Positions 53,401 through 64,000 of a stretch of DNA of 64,000 bases are shown in pieces. The stretch comes from an uncultured Planctomycetota bacterium. Lineage in GTDB: Bacteria; Planctomycetota; Planctomycetia; Isosphaerales; Isosphaeraceae. The DNA lies in assembly GCA_963845755.1 (NCBI GenBank), contig CAWJTV010000011.1, forward strand, positions 448,001-512,000. The letters are read 5' to 3'. Each line of letters opens with the position of its first letter. The first letter of the stretch is position 1. The notes under the pieces were generated by a model. It was not told the DNA's origin, ran no database searches, and worked only from the letters and a program-made list of their open reading frames with translations. The position numbers were made by a program, and so were the translations under genes.

Positions 53401-53915
53401 CGATCGGGCAGGTCATCCGCACCTTGGGTCATGCCCAATCCGACGGCTGGATCAACAGCGTGGCGTTTTCCCCCGACGGCCGGCACCTCGCATCCGCCGG
53501 TCTGGATGGGAAGGTGAATCTTTGGGACGTCGCGACCTCGCGGATCATTCGGCCGCTCAAGGGACACAGCGGCTCCGTCACCAGTGTGGCCTTCGGCCCC
53601 GACGGCCGACGGATCGCATCCGCCGGCGCGGATGCCACGGTGAAGTTATGGGACGCGGTGACCGGGCTGGAAACCCTCACTCTCAAGGGGCACACCGGCT
53701 TGGTCGCGAGCGTGGCGTTCAGCCCCGACGGCCGCCGACTCGTATCCGCCGGTGGTGACGGGACTGTGAAAGTCTGGGACGCCCGACCGCTGGACGCCGA
53801 GCCGGCACCGAGGGCCCGGCCCCACGCTGAGGGAGCCTCGCAGCCAACCGTGGGGGAGCTCGATGAAGCGACCGGTCTGGAGAGGGATGTCGCCCGATCG
53901 ACGCCGGATCCATGA
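50428..53915 (+). CDS. Ser/Thr protein kinase with TM segment and a long WD40 repeat region; frameshifts at ~53230-53260
   Basis: [33 protein letters not shown]; repeated GH...[12 protein letters not shown]...D.TVK.WD. Confidence 0.93.
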
Positions 53916-53924
53916 GGAAAGCGA

Positions 53925-54146
53925 ATGACTGAGCATGGTGATCGTCAGGAGTCGGCCGAGGAACGACTCGCGCCCGTTCGCCGGCCTCGGGTCTCGATCC
54001 TCGAGATGATGGTGCTGGTAGCCGCGTTGGCGGTGTCGTTCCGCTGGCCGGGGTTGAGCGTCCCGGTGGGTCTTCTCTTTCTCTACACCCTCGCCCGGCG
54101 GCGAGACATCCTCCAACGGCCAACGCGCGTGGCGCTCGGGCAGTGA
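53925..54146 (+). CDS. Small hydrophobic protein (possibly truncated)
   Basis: GAGG RBS; RRPRVSILEMMVLVAALAV is a planctomycete-type N-terminal membrane motif. Confidence 0.45.
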   Translation: MTEHGDRQESAEERLAPVRRPRVSILEMMVLVAALAVSFRWPGLSVPVGLLFLYTLARRRDILQRPTRVALGQ

Positions 54147-54454
54147 ACCTATTCGTAAGTCGATCCGGACGGTACGCTCACGGGAGCGTGATCGCAGGGT
54201 GTCGATCGCCACCGCCTTGGGAATCGGGGCGGTGGCGCAGCACGGTGGCCGAGCGCGGCGCGGCCCGGAGACGCGATGAACCGTTGCAGCCCGTCGAGCC
54301 CTGGATCGCGAATCCAATGTCACCATAACGGGCGAAACGGACATCTTCCTGGAACGGGAAGTGAGTCTTGGCGGTTTGACCCCGGCAGGACCGGCCCAGA
54401 CGCCGGACCGAGCTGGGAGTCGCCGATGGAGCTGGGACCAGGGAGCGAACGACG

Positions 54455-57400
54455 ATGAGTGAGCGACGCAGCCACAACCTCGGCGGCGTGGATATCGGCC
54501 TGGCCCGGCGGATCGACGCGATCTGTCGCCGCTTCGAGGCCGACTGGCGAACTGAGAGGCGACCGCCGATCGACGATTACCTGGGCGATGTCCCCGAACA
54601 AGGCCGGGCAGCCCTGCGCGCCGAATTGGAGGCCCTGGAGCGCGAGCTGGGCCAGTCGGAGCAGACCGGTGCGCGATTCGAGGACTCGCCACCTTCCACG
54701 ATCTTCGGGGCGCCGACGCTCGCCCCGGGCACGGCTCCGACCCAGCCCTTGCCCGGCGAGGCGCCGACCCTCGCACCGAGTCCTCCGACAGCATTCATCG
54801 CGTCCGCGGCAGACGCTTCGTCCCAGGAAGATCCCACCCAGTCTCCCCACGATCAGGCCACGGTCGACCTCGGTCCGTCCGCGCCGGGCGAACTGGAGGG
54901 CTCACCCGAGTCGCCCAGACGCGTCCGCTACTTCGGCGATTACGAGATCGTCCGCGAGCTGGCCCGCGGCGGCATGGGGGTGGTCTTCGAGGCCCGGCAG
55001 GTCAAGCTCAACCGCAGGGTCGCGCTCAAGATGATCCTTGCCGGACAGCTCGCCGACGAGGATGCCGTCCGGCGCTTCTACACCGAGGCCGAGGCCGCCG
55101 CCAATCTCGACCACCCCGGCATCGTGCCGATCTATGAGGTGGGCCAGCACGACGGCCAGCATTTTTTCTCGATGGGCTTCGTCGAGGGCCAGAGCGTGGC
55201 CCAGCGGTTGGCGGATGGGCCGCTCCCGCCGCGCGATGCCGCCGCGCTGCTGGTGAAGGTGGCCGAGGCGATCGAGTACGCCCACCGGCACGGCGTCATT
55301 CATCGCGACATCAAGCCGGCCAACATCCTGCTCGATGAATCCGGCAATCCCCGCGTGACCGACTTCGGCCTGGCGAAGAAGCTGGAGACCGACAGCGGCC
55401 TGACCGGCTCGGGCCAGATCATGGGGACGCCGAGCTACATGCCGCCCGAGCAGGCTGGCGGCAAGCGCGGGCGAGATCGGCCCGGCGGCGGACGTCTATG
55501 CGCTGGGCGCGACCTTGTACTGCCTGGTCACCGGCCGGCCGCCGTTCCAGGCGGCCACCGTGATGGACACCGTGCTCCAGGTCCTCAGCGACGAGCCGGT
55601 GCCGCTGCGTCGCCTCAATGCCTCGATCCCGCGCGACCTGGAGACGATCTGCCTGAAGTGCCTCGAGAAGGCGCCGGGAAGCGGTACGCCTCGGCGGTGG
55701 CGCTGCGGGACGAGCTGCGGCGGTACCTGGACGGCGAGCCGATCGTGGCCCGGCCCGTGACGCGATTCGAGCGTGCTGCCAAGTGGGCGCGGCGCCGTCC
55801 GGCGATCGCCGGATTGATGGCAGCCCTGGCCGTGGCCCTGGTCGTGGGATTCACCGGGATGGCCCTGCTCTGGGCCCGCGCCGAGAACTCGGCGACCGTG
55901 GCCCGACTGAACGAGCAGAACGCTCGAGGATCGGCCGTTGCCGCGGATGCGTCGCGCGCGACAGCTCAGCAGCAGGCGACGATCGCCACCGAGAAGGCGG
56001 AGGCGTTGCGTCGGCAGGACTACATCAGCCGGGTCAACCTCGCCTATCGCGAGTGCCTGGACAACAACGTGGCCCGCGCCATCGAGCTGCTCGAGGGCTG
56101 CCCCGAAGATCTCCGCAGTTGGGAATGGTCCTACGTGAGCCGCCAGTGCCATCTCGACCTGAAGACCTTCCGCGAGCCGGTCCAGGTCGTCCTCGCGGTG
56201 GCGTTCAGCCGCGACGGCCGCCGGGTGGCATCCGGCTCCGGGACGTATCAAGGTGGCGGAGCGGGCGACCTGGTGGTGCGTGATGTGGCCACCGGCGCGG
56301 AGGCGTTCGCCCAGCGCGGGATCGCGGGCGGTGTCCGCGCCGTGGCTTACAGCCCGGATGGTCGCTGGCTGGCCGCGGGCCACGGCGCGAACCTGGTCCT
56401 GCTGGATGCCGCCACCGGCCGGGAACGCTTCCAGAAGTCCACCGGGTCGCTCGACATCGACGGCCTGGCCTTCACGCCCGACGGCCGGCGGATCCTCGCG
56501 GGCTGCGGCGGCGATCCCGGCTATGCCAAGCTCTGGGATGCGACGACGGGGGACCTCGTGGGCGACCCGCTCCCCGGATATGGGGGAGGATTCGCCTATC
56601 TGTCCATCAGCCCCGACGGCCGGCAGGCGGCCGTGGGCAGCGCCGGCCGGGTCGATGTCTGGGACCTCCGGACCTTCAAACCGATCCGCACCCTGCAGGG
56701 ACACCGAAGCTTCGTCTATGCGGTGGCCTATAGCCCGGACGGGCGGTATCTCGCCTCGGGGGGCTGGGACCGAACGATCCGGCTCTGGGATGCCTCCACC
56801 GGAGCCGAGGTCCGCAGGTATCTCGGGCACGAGGGATTCGTCCGCGGCCTGGCGTTCAGCCCCGACGGTGAGCGGATTGCCTCCTGCGGCGAGGACAAGA
56901 GCGTCAAGCTCTGGTCGGTCGCCTCCGACCGCGAGCTCGCCACGTTCCACGGCCACCACCATTACGTCGCGTGCGTGGCCTTCAGCCCCGACGGCCATCG
57001 GATCGCCACGGGGAGCCTGGATCAAACGCTCAAGGTCTGGTTCGCTGCGCCCACGACCCAACTCACCTTCCAGGGACATAACGGTTGGGTCACCAGTCTG
57101 GCGTTCAGCCCCGACGGCCGGCGGGTGACTTCCGGGGCGGGCGTTGCTACGACGTCCCACCCCCTTCGAACCTGGGACCCCGTCACCGGCGAACAGGTCC
57201 GGTCCTTTCCCGACGAGCGCGCCGCCATCGACGCAGTGGCGTACCGCCCCGACGGCCGCAAGGTGGCCACGTCCGGTTGGGACGGAACCGTGAAGGTCTG
57301 GGATGCCGACACCGAGAGCCTGAACTTGATCTTCCGAGCAGGGACCAGCGGCGCCTACGAGCCGGCCAACATCGCGTTCAGCCCCGACGGCCGCAAGCTG

Positions 57401-59522
57401 GCCCTCGCCGATGACAGGGGTTTGGTTCTCGTGTGGGATGCCACCACCGGCCGGCCACTTCAGACACTCAAAGGGCACACGGGCCACGCGAACGGCGTGG
57501 CGTTCAGCCCGGATGGACGGAAGCTGGCTTCGGGCGACGAGGACGGCACCGTGAAGGTCTGGGACGCTGCGAGCGGGCGCGAGCTCCAGACGCTCAAGGG
57601 GCACAAGCCGCGGGTCGCGAGCGTGGCGTTTTCCCCGACGGCCGCCTGCTGGCCTCGGTCGGCGGCATCTCGGCACGTTACGGTGAGGTGAAAGTCTGGG
57701 ATCTTGCCTCGGGTCGGGAGCTCTATCCCGTCCGCGGCCACACGGACACGGTTTCCGGCGTGGCGTTCTCCCCCGACGGCCGCCGCCTGGCCACCGCCAG
57801 CGACGATCGGACCGTCAAGCTCTGGGACACGGCCACCGGTCAGGAGGTCTTTACGCTGCGGGGTCATACCAGCGGTGCCCTCTGCGTGGCGTTTTCTCCC
57901 GACGGGCAACGCATCGCCTCTGGGAGCATCGACTGGACGGCCAAGGTCTGGGACACCACTCAGCCGGATGCCGACCATCTGCTGGTGCGGCTCGTCGCGT
58001 CCCGCGTCGCCGAGCTCTTCCGGACTCTCCTGCTCAAGAGCGACGTGATCGATCGGATCCGCGGCGACGCGAAGCTCGACGAATTCCTCCGCGCGGCGGC
58101 CCTCCGGATCGCCGAGCGGACTCCGGAGCAATCGGTGCTCTTGAACAACACGAGCTGGATGATCGCGCGCGAAGCCCATCGCACGCCGGAGGACTATCGC
58201 CGCGCGCTGCGATATGCCGAAGCCGCCGGCCGGCTCGCACCGCGAGAATCCACCTTCATCAATACCCTCGGCGTCGCCCGCTATCGCGCCGGGCAGTATC
58301 GCGATGCGCTCGGCGACCTCAATCGATCGCTCGAGCTCAACTCACCCCGATACGGCGGCGCGATCCCCGCCGACCTCGCCTTCGTCGCCATGGCCCAGCA
58401 TCGGCTCGGGCAGAAGACCGAAGCCCTGATGACCCTGGGCCGGCTCCGCGAGGCCATGAGCCGACAGCCCTGGTCGGATGACGATGAGTCCGAGGTGTTC
58501 GCCGACGAGGCGAACGCCTTGATCGCCGGCACCAGGCCGCCGCTCGTCGAGGTCGCCCGGTTCGTCGACGACTCGAAGGAGGCGAACGAATTCGCAACCT
58601 TCTCGCCCGACGGGCGCCGCGTCCTGTCGTGCGCGGTGGACGGGACCATGCGTCTCTGGGACCGGGAGTCGGGCCGTTTGATCCGTCGCATCGACGGGGG
58701 CGGGAGATTGATGAGCGTCGCCGTCTCGCCCGACGGCCGCCGCGCCCTCTCCGGCGGTTCCGACCGCGTCATGCGGCTCTGGGACCTCGACTCGGGCAAG
58801 CGGATTCGCGAGTTCCAGGGACATACCGGATGGGTCTTCGTCGTGGCCTTCAGCCCCGACGGCCGCCTGGGTTATTCCACCAGCGGCGGACCGGATGCCT
58901 GGCAGGACGGGTCGGACTCGGCCGTCCGCGTCTGGGATCTCGAGACGGGCCAGGTCGTCCGCAAGCTGGAGGGGCACAAGGGCCGGGTCTTCGGCCTGTC
59001 GGTCTCACCCGACGGCCAGAAGGTCCTCACCGGCGGCGACACCCGGTTGATCCTCTGGGACGCCCGGAGCGGGAAGCCGATCCGCCCCGTCGCGGGGCAC
59101 GAGGGCATGATCGGCAATGCGACCTTCCTGCCCGGCGGCCGGCCTGCGCGGCCTCGGGCAGTTTCGACCGGACGATCCGGCTCTGGGACCTGGAGAGCGG
59201 CCAGGAGCTCCATCGCTTCCTCGGCCATCCGCGCGAGGTGACCTGGGTGGCGGCCTCTCCCGACGGCCGTCGGCTCCTGTCGTCGGACTACAACGGTCAC
59301 GAATTGCGACTCTGGGACGTCGAGGGTCGCAAGCTGATCCGCCGGCTCGGCTGGGGAGGCACGGCGCCGACGCGCGGGTCGTTCAGCCCCGACGGCCGGC
59401 ACGCGGTCTGGACCGGCACCGATGGGGTCGTGCGGCTGTATGAATTGACGCCCCTCGACGAGGCAGGCCGTCCCACGCCGGCCCGGCCCGATGCGGCCGG
59501 AAGTCCCGCTATCACGAAGTGA
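54455..59522 (+). CDS. Ser/Thr kinase-WD40-TPR-WD40 protein; frameshifts at ~55472, ~55680, ~57630 and ~59140
   Basis: HRDIKPANIL, DFG; WD40 repeats; TPR-like LNNTSW...NTLGVARYRAGQY; a further WD40 block at the C-terminus. Confidence 0.9.
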
Positions 59523-59575
59523 GAGACGATCGATCGCACGAGGTTTCCATCTACGACCAGGACGAGGGGTACCCC

Positions 59576-60204
59576 ATGTCGATGACTGACGATCAAGACG
59601 TGTTAACTTCCATGACGCGCATCATTCAGATCATTGCCGGCTCCCTCATCGCGGGGGTCGTCGTCATGCTCGTCATGTCGGTGGTGGTTATTCCCACTCC
59701 GCTCGTCGGCGCCCGCCGGGCGCGGGCGGGGCGGTCGGTGCCGGCCCACTGCCCGCGATCGGCTCGATGAGTCTCGGTGACATCATCGCGTGGACCGCGG
59801 TCGCCTTTGCCGCGGTGGGGCTGCCCTTGTCGTTCCTGGTCCCCGGCTGGATCGCGGCTCAGAACCGCCGGAGCATCGCCGCGGGGACGTGGCTCCCACC
59901 GAGCCGTGTGAATGTCAATGCCCCGGGGACGACGGGGCCGTTTAGCCCCGAGGCGCTCAAGACCGATACAGGCAAGCTGGCTTCCGCCTACTTGACGCAG
60001 TTTATCATCGGCGCGGCAATCAACGAGGGTCTGGCGTTCTTCGCGAGCGTCGCGTACTTGATCGGAAAGAATCCGATCGCGCTGGCCCTCGCGTTGCTGC
60101 TCGTGGTCGCGCTCGTCGCCCGGTTCCCCACGCGCCTTCGGATCGCCTCCTGGATCGACCGGCAACAGGAATTGCTCATCCAGGATCGGCAAGCCGCTTT
60201 CTGA
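59576..60204 (+). CDS. Hypothetical membrane protein; frameshift at ~59710-59760
   Basis: QII.GSLIAGVV...; II.AAINEG.AFF...FPT..R...WI. Confidence 0.65.
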
Positions 60205-60402
60205 ACAGGACCCAGGGGCGTCTGGACCGATCCGACTCGAGTTCCTTCGCGTTGACCGGACCTGACAGTAGCGACTCGGTCGCCGTCGTGATCCGTCGAC
60301 TCGACCGGTCCCCTTGCCATCCGTCCCATCGCCGAATAGGATTGAGTGTGCTTCTCTGACACTTGTCCGGTCTTATCTCCTGGGGATGACGGGAGACGGC
60401 CC

Positions 60403-61422
60403 TTGTCCTTTTTCGTGGCGTGCGAGTGTGGGCGATCCTTTGAGAGTTCGGAGGCGAACGCGGGCGGTGTCGCGCGGTGTCCCCGCTGCGGGCGCGAATG
60501 GCCCATGCCCAAGCTCGAGTCCGCGCCGGGGCTGGAGGAAGAGGACTGGTCCCTGGGCGCACCGGGACCCTCGGCGACCAGCGGCAAGGCGATCGCGAGC
60601 CTGGTGGCGGGCTGCCTCTTCGTCTTCGGGTGCCTCAGCGGCGTGCCCGCCTTCCTCTTCGGCTGGCATGCGCTGCGCGACATCAAAGACAGCGGAGGCC
60701 GGCTCAAGGGCCGGCGGATGGCGGTCGCCGGGATCGTCCTCGGGCTGATCGGCTGCCTCCTCACGGTCGCGTTCTTCGTGCCGGCGATCCGATCGGCTCG
60801 CGGGGCCGCCCGCCGCGCCGAGTGCGCCAACAACCTCAAGCAGATCGGCCTCGCCATCCAGTACTATCACGAGGCGTACGGCTGCCTGCCGCCCGCCGCC
60901 ATCACCGACAAGACCGGCAAGCCGCTGCTGAGCTGGCGCGTCGCCATCCTCCCCCACCTCCTATCAGACCCGCGTTACCTGGACTTCCATTTCGACGAGC
61001 CGTGGGACAGTCCCCACAACCTCGCCCTGCTCGAGCCGGTCCCGTTCGTCTATACCTGCCCCGGCGACCTCACCCCGAAGAAGGGGATGACCCACTTCGT
61101 GGCCGTGATCGGTCCCAACACCGCATTCACGCCGGACTTCCGGCCCTTGACGTATCGCGACTTCACCGACGGCATTGGCAATACCCTCCTCATCGGCGAG
61201 TCCCGGCGCGGCGTCCCCTGGACCAAGCCCGAGGACCTCCCCCTGGACATGAGCATCCCCTTCACCGGGCTGGGCAGCGATCACGGCTACCACGACAACG
61301 GCTTCAACGTCCTGTTCGCCGACGGGTCCGTCCGGTTCCTGCATCGCTCGATCGATCCGAAAGTCCTCGACGCCATCCTCACCCGCGATGCGGCGCAAGT
61401 TGTCGAGCCGAACAGTTATTAG
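60403..61422 (+). CDS. Zinc-ribbon-DUF4190-DUF1559 membrane protein
   Basis: CECG...CPRCG; TSGKAIASL...G..AL..I...GRRMA.AG; C.NNLKQIGLA, LSWRV.ILP, PWTKPED, NVLFADGSV. Confidence 0.88.
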   Translation: MSFFVACECGRSFESSEANAGGVARCPRCGREWPMPKLESAPGLEEEDWSLGAPGPSATSGKAIASLVAGCLFVFGCLSGVPAFLFGWHALRDIKDSGGRLKGRRMAVAGIVLGLIGCLLTVAFFVPAIRSARGAARRAECANNLKQIGLAIQYYHEAYGCLPPAAITDKTGKPLLSWRVAILPHLLSDPRYLDFHFDEPWDSPHNLALLEPVPFVYTCPGDLTPKKGMTHFVAVIGPNTAFTPDFRPLTYRDFTDGIGNTLLIGESRRGVPWTKPEDLPLDMSIPFTGLGSDHGYHDNGFNVLFADGSVRFLHRSIDPKVLDAILTRDAAQVVEPNSY

Positions 61423-61635
61423 CCGCTTGCCGCCGACAACCGGGCCGGGAACCGGTCGCACTTCCGGCCGCAAAGGGGATACAATACTCGGCCCGTGGCC
61501 GACCGAATGGGCGGGCCGCGGGCTGGTGTCTTCCGGGAACGGATTCGGCCGGACCGGATCGCCGCGGGAGGCGGTCCGGGTTTGTGATAATCGGTCATCG
61601 ATCGAAGCACGACTCGTTCGTTGAGGTCCGTTGAG

Positions 61636-63256
61636 ATGAACCGCGTGATCGGCGTGATGGCGAGCCTGATACTGATGATTTCCCTGTCCTTCGTCCCGAT
61701 CTCGGCCCAGGAGCCGGTTCGGACGGCGGCACCGCCCCCGCAGACGAAGGGGGCCCCCGGCGGGACCACAACGACGCAACCGCAACCGCCGGCGCAGGCC
61801 AAGGCGGCGGACGCTGCGAAACCCAAGAAAGACGCGCCGAAGACCGCGACGGACGAGGAGCCGGTCGTCACGCATCACAAGATCCTCCTGGGAGGCAAGG
61901 AGTTGCCGTACACGGCGACGGCCGGCCTGATGCCGATCCGGGATGCCAAGGATGAGGTGGAGGCCCGGATCTTCTACATCGCCTACACGCGCGACGATGC
62001 GGGGGCGTCGGACGCGCGGCCGCTGTTGTTCAGCTTCAACGGCGGGCCGGGCTCGGCGTCGGTCTGGCTGCACCTGGGGGCCCTGGGCCCGCGACGGGTG
62101 GCGACGCCCGAGAAGCCGGTGATCCCGGCCCCGCCGTTCCGACTGGTCAACAACGACGCCACCTGGCTCGACCGCGCCGACCTGGTGTTCATCGACCCGG
62201 TCGGCACCGGGTACTCCCGCGCCGCCAAGCCGGAGCTCAACACCAAGTTCCACTCGCTGCGCGGCGACATCGAGTCGGTCGGCGAGTTCATCCGGATGTA
62301 CCTGAGCCGGAACAACCGATGGGCCTCGCCGCTGTACTTGATCGGCGAGAGCTACGGCACGACCCGCGCCGCCGGGCTGGCCGGATACCTCGTCAACCTG
62401 GGCATCGCCTTCAACGGCATCGTGCTGGTCTCTTGCGCCCTGGATTTCCAGGGGTTCGTGTTCAGTCCGGGCAACGACCTGCCGTATCTGACCTATCTGC
62501 CCTCCTACACGGCCGCCGCCTGGTACCACAAGAAGCTGCCGGCCGACTTGCAGGCGTCCGGGTTGCTGGCGGTGCTGAAGGAAGTCCAGCGGTGGACCGA
62601 CCGCGAGTACGTCTCGATCCTCTCGCGCGGCGACGAGCTCTCCGACGAGGAACGGCACGAGGCCGCCGCCCGGCTGGCCCGCTACACCGGCCTGCACGCC
62701 GACGACATCGAGGCCGGCCACCTGCGGATCGGCATGTCCCACTTCTGCCGCGATCTGCTCAAGCCCGCGCGACGCTCGGTCGGCCGGTTCGACGCGCGCT
62801 ACCAGGGGATCGAGGGCCCGGATTCCGCCGACCGGCCCAGCTTCGACCCGAGCCTGGCCGCCGTCCGCGCCCCGTACACCTCCACGTTCAACCAGTACAT
62901 CCACACCGAGCTCAACTACAAGAGCGACCTGCCGTACTACATCCTCGGCGAGGGCGTCGGCCGCTGGGACTGGCAGCGCGAGATGGGTTATCCTGCGACG
63001 ACCCACGCCCTCCGCGACGCCATGTCCAAGAACCCCCACATGAAGGTCCTGATCGCCTCCGGCTACTACGACCTCGCCACGCCGTATCGCGCCGTCGAGC
63101 ACGCCCTCGCCGGGTTGGGACTCGACCCCAGCCTGCGCGCCAATATCGCGGTCCAGACCTACGAGGCCGGGCACATGATGTACCTGGATAAACCGTCGCT
63201 GCTGAAGCTCAAGGGCGACGGCGCCCGCGCTGATCGACCGGACGAAAGGGAAATGA
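61636..63256 (+). CDS. Peptidase S10 (serine carboxypeptidase), secreted; absent from the supplied ORF track
   Basis: Translated by hand: signal peptide, FNGGPGS, FIDPVGTGYS, IGESYGT, GYYDLATP, YEAGHMMY; probable stop TGA 63254-63256 after a late frameshift. Confidence 0.92.
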
Positions 63257-63300
63257 CAGATTGGCGGCATCGCCGCTCTTCTATTCAGGAGTTCGCGACG

Positions 63301-64000
63301 ATGCCCTCACCGTTTCCCGGCATGGATCCTTATCTGGAAGCGCTGGATATCTGGCCTGACCTTCATGACGCCCTGGCGGGAGAGATCCGGAACGAGCTCA
63401 ACCAGGCTTTGCCCAGCCCCTACTACGCCCGCGTGGAAATGCGCCCGGAGGTCGGCATCGTCGAAGAGGAAGGGATCCGGCAACGAATCGTCCCTGACTT
63501 CGTCGTCGTCCGCCAACCTTACCCACTGCGGGGGCCGGAAGACGGCGGGACGGCCGTTCTGACCCAACCTCGACGCGAAATCTCGAGGTGGATCGAGTAC
63601 GAGATTCATACCGAGCCGATCCGCCATCATTTCGTCGAGATCCGCGATTCGTTGCGCGGCCACAAGCTGATCACGTTGATCGAGATCCTCAGCCCGTCGA
63701 ATAAGCGGGCCGGGGAGGACCGCGAGGCGTATGAGCGGAAACAGCGTGCGGTGCTGAACAGTGATACGAACCTGATCGAGCTGGACCTGCTGCGCGGCGG
63801 CCGTCGGATCCTGACAGAGCCCGGCCTCGAGGCCAGGATCCAGGACCTGGACCCACCGCCCACTTACCTGGTGCGGGTCAACTGGTCGTGGCGCCGGGTT
63901 CCGAGATTGGGCGCTTACCACATCTTCCCGCTCGGCCTGCGCGAGTTGCTCCCGTGCATCCCGGTGCCGCTGAAACCGGAGGACGAGGAGGTCCGGCTCG
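63301..64000 (+). CDS. DUF4058 family protein (truncated by window end)
   Basis: AGGAG RBS; MPSPFPGMDPYLE...WPDLH, LITLIEILSPSNK, NLIELDLLRGG. Confidence 0.9.
   Translation, partial: MPSPFPGMDPYLEALDIWPDLHDALAGEIRNELNQALPSPYYARVEMRPEVGIVEEEGIRQRIVPDFVVVRQPYPLRGPEDGGTAVLTQPRREISRWIEYEIHTEPIRHHFVEIRDSLRGHKLITLIEILSPSNKRAGEDREAYERKQRAVLNSDTNLIELDLLRGGRRILTEPGLEARIQDLDPPPTYLVRVNWSWRRVPRLGAYHIFPLGLRELLPCIPVPLKPEDEEVRL

Noticed and set aside
50428..55800. Kinase duplication as a diversity-generating retroelement template/variable pair
   Set aside because: No reverse transcriptase in the window, and the differences do not look adenine-specific; ordinary paralogy.
52040..59450. Regular ~126-bp DNA periodicity resembling a repeat array or CRISPR
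   Set aside because: Explained by WD40 coding repeats; there are no identical direct repeats with unique spacers.
2385..63256. Widespread frameshifts read as pseudogenes or programmed frameshifting
   Set aside because: They hit most long genes regardless of function, often in G/C homopolymers, without accumulated stop codons. Long-read indel error is the simplest explanation.
61636..64000. Apparent in-frame S10 peptidase-DUF4058 fusion (open frame to the window end)
   Set aside because: A natural-looking C-terminus and TGA (63254-63256) sit in a shifted frame, and DUF4058 has its own AGGAG RBS and canonical MPSPFPG start. Likely a single indel.

Overview
High-GC bacterial DNA whose gene content points to a planctomycete, most like the Isosphaeraceae (Singulisphaera/Aquisphaera group): two DUF1559 genes, two DUF4058 genes, Uma2, an LExRxLL-signal S8 protease, and an ECF sigma factor followed by kinase-WD40 genes. 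About 40 genes are present. I found no rRNA, tRNA, CRISPR array or intact transposase. Many long genes are broken by single-base frameshifts, often in homopolymer runs, which most likely reflects uncorrected long-read error. Ordinary content includes hpt, GT4 and EPS genes, a ClC channel, an SLC13 permease, eutB-permease-eutC and an S10 peptidase. The most notable items: (1) a membrane protein built from a circularly permuted acyl carrier protein, cut exactly at the phosphopantetheine serine (28217-28936); (2) a PQQ alcohol dehydrogenase with the lanthanide-type D-x-D motif, followed by a triplicated XoxJ/MxaJ-like binding protein and a di-heme cytochrome c (20293-25484); (3) a lower-GC three-gene cassette encoding a possible COMM-domain-like protein, a helical protein and a permuted papain-like (NlpC/P60) enzyme (5931-8729); (4) two inverted copies of a MITE-like element; (5) an S8 protease with an EF-hand insert and three copies of a ~165-aa domain I cannot name. 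All family calls are by eye from motifs; no searches were run.
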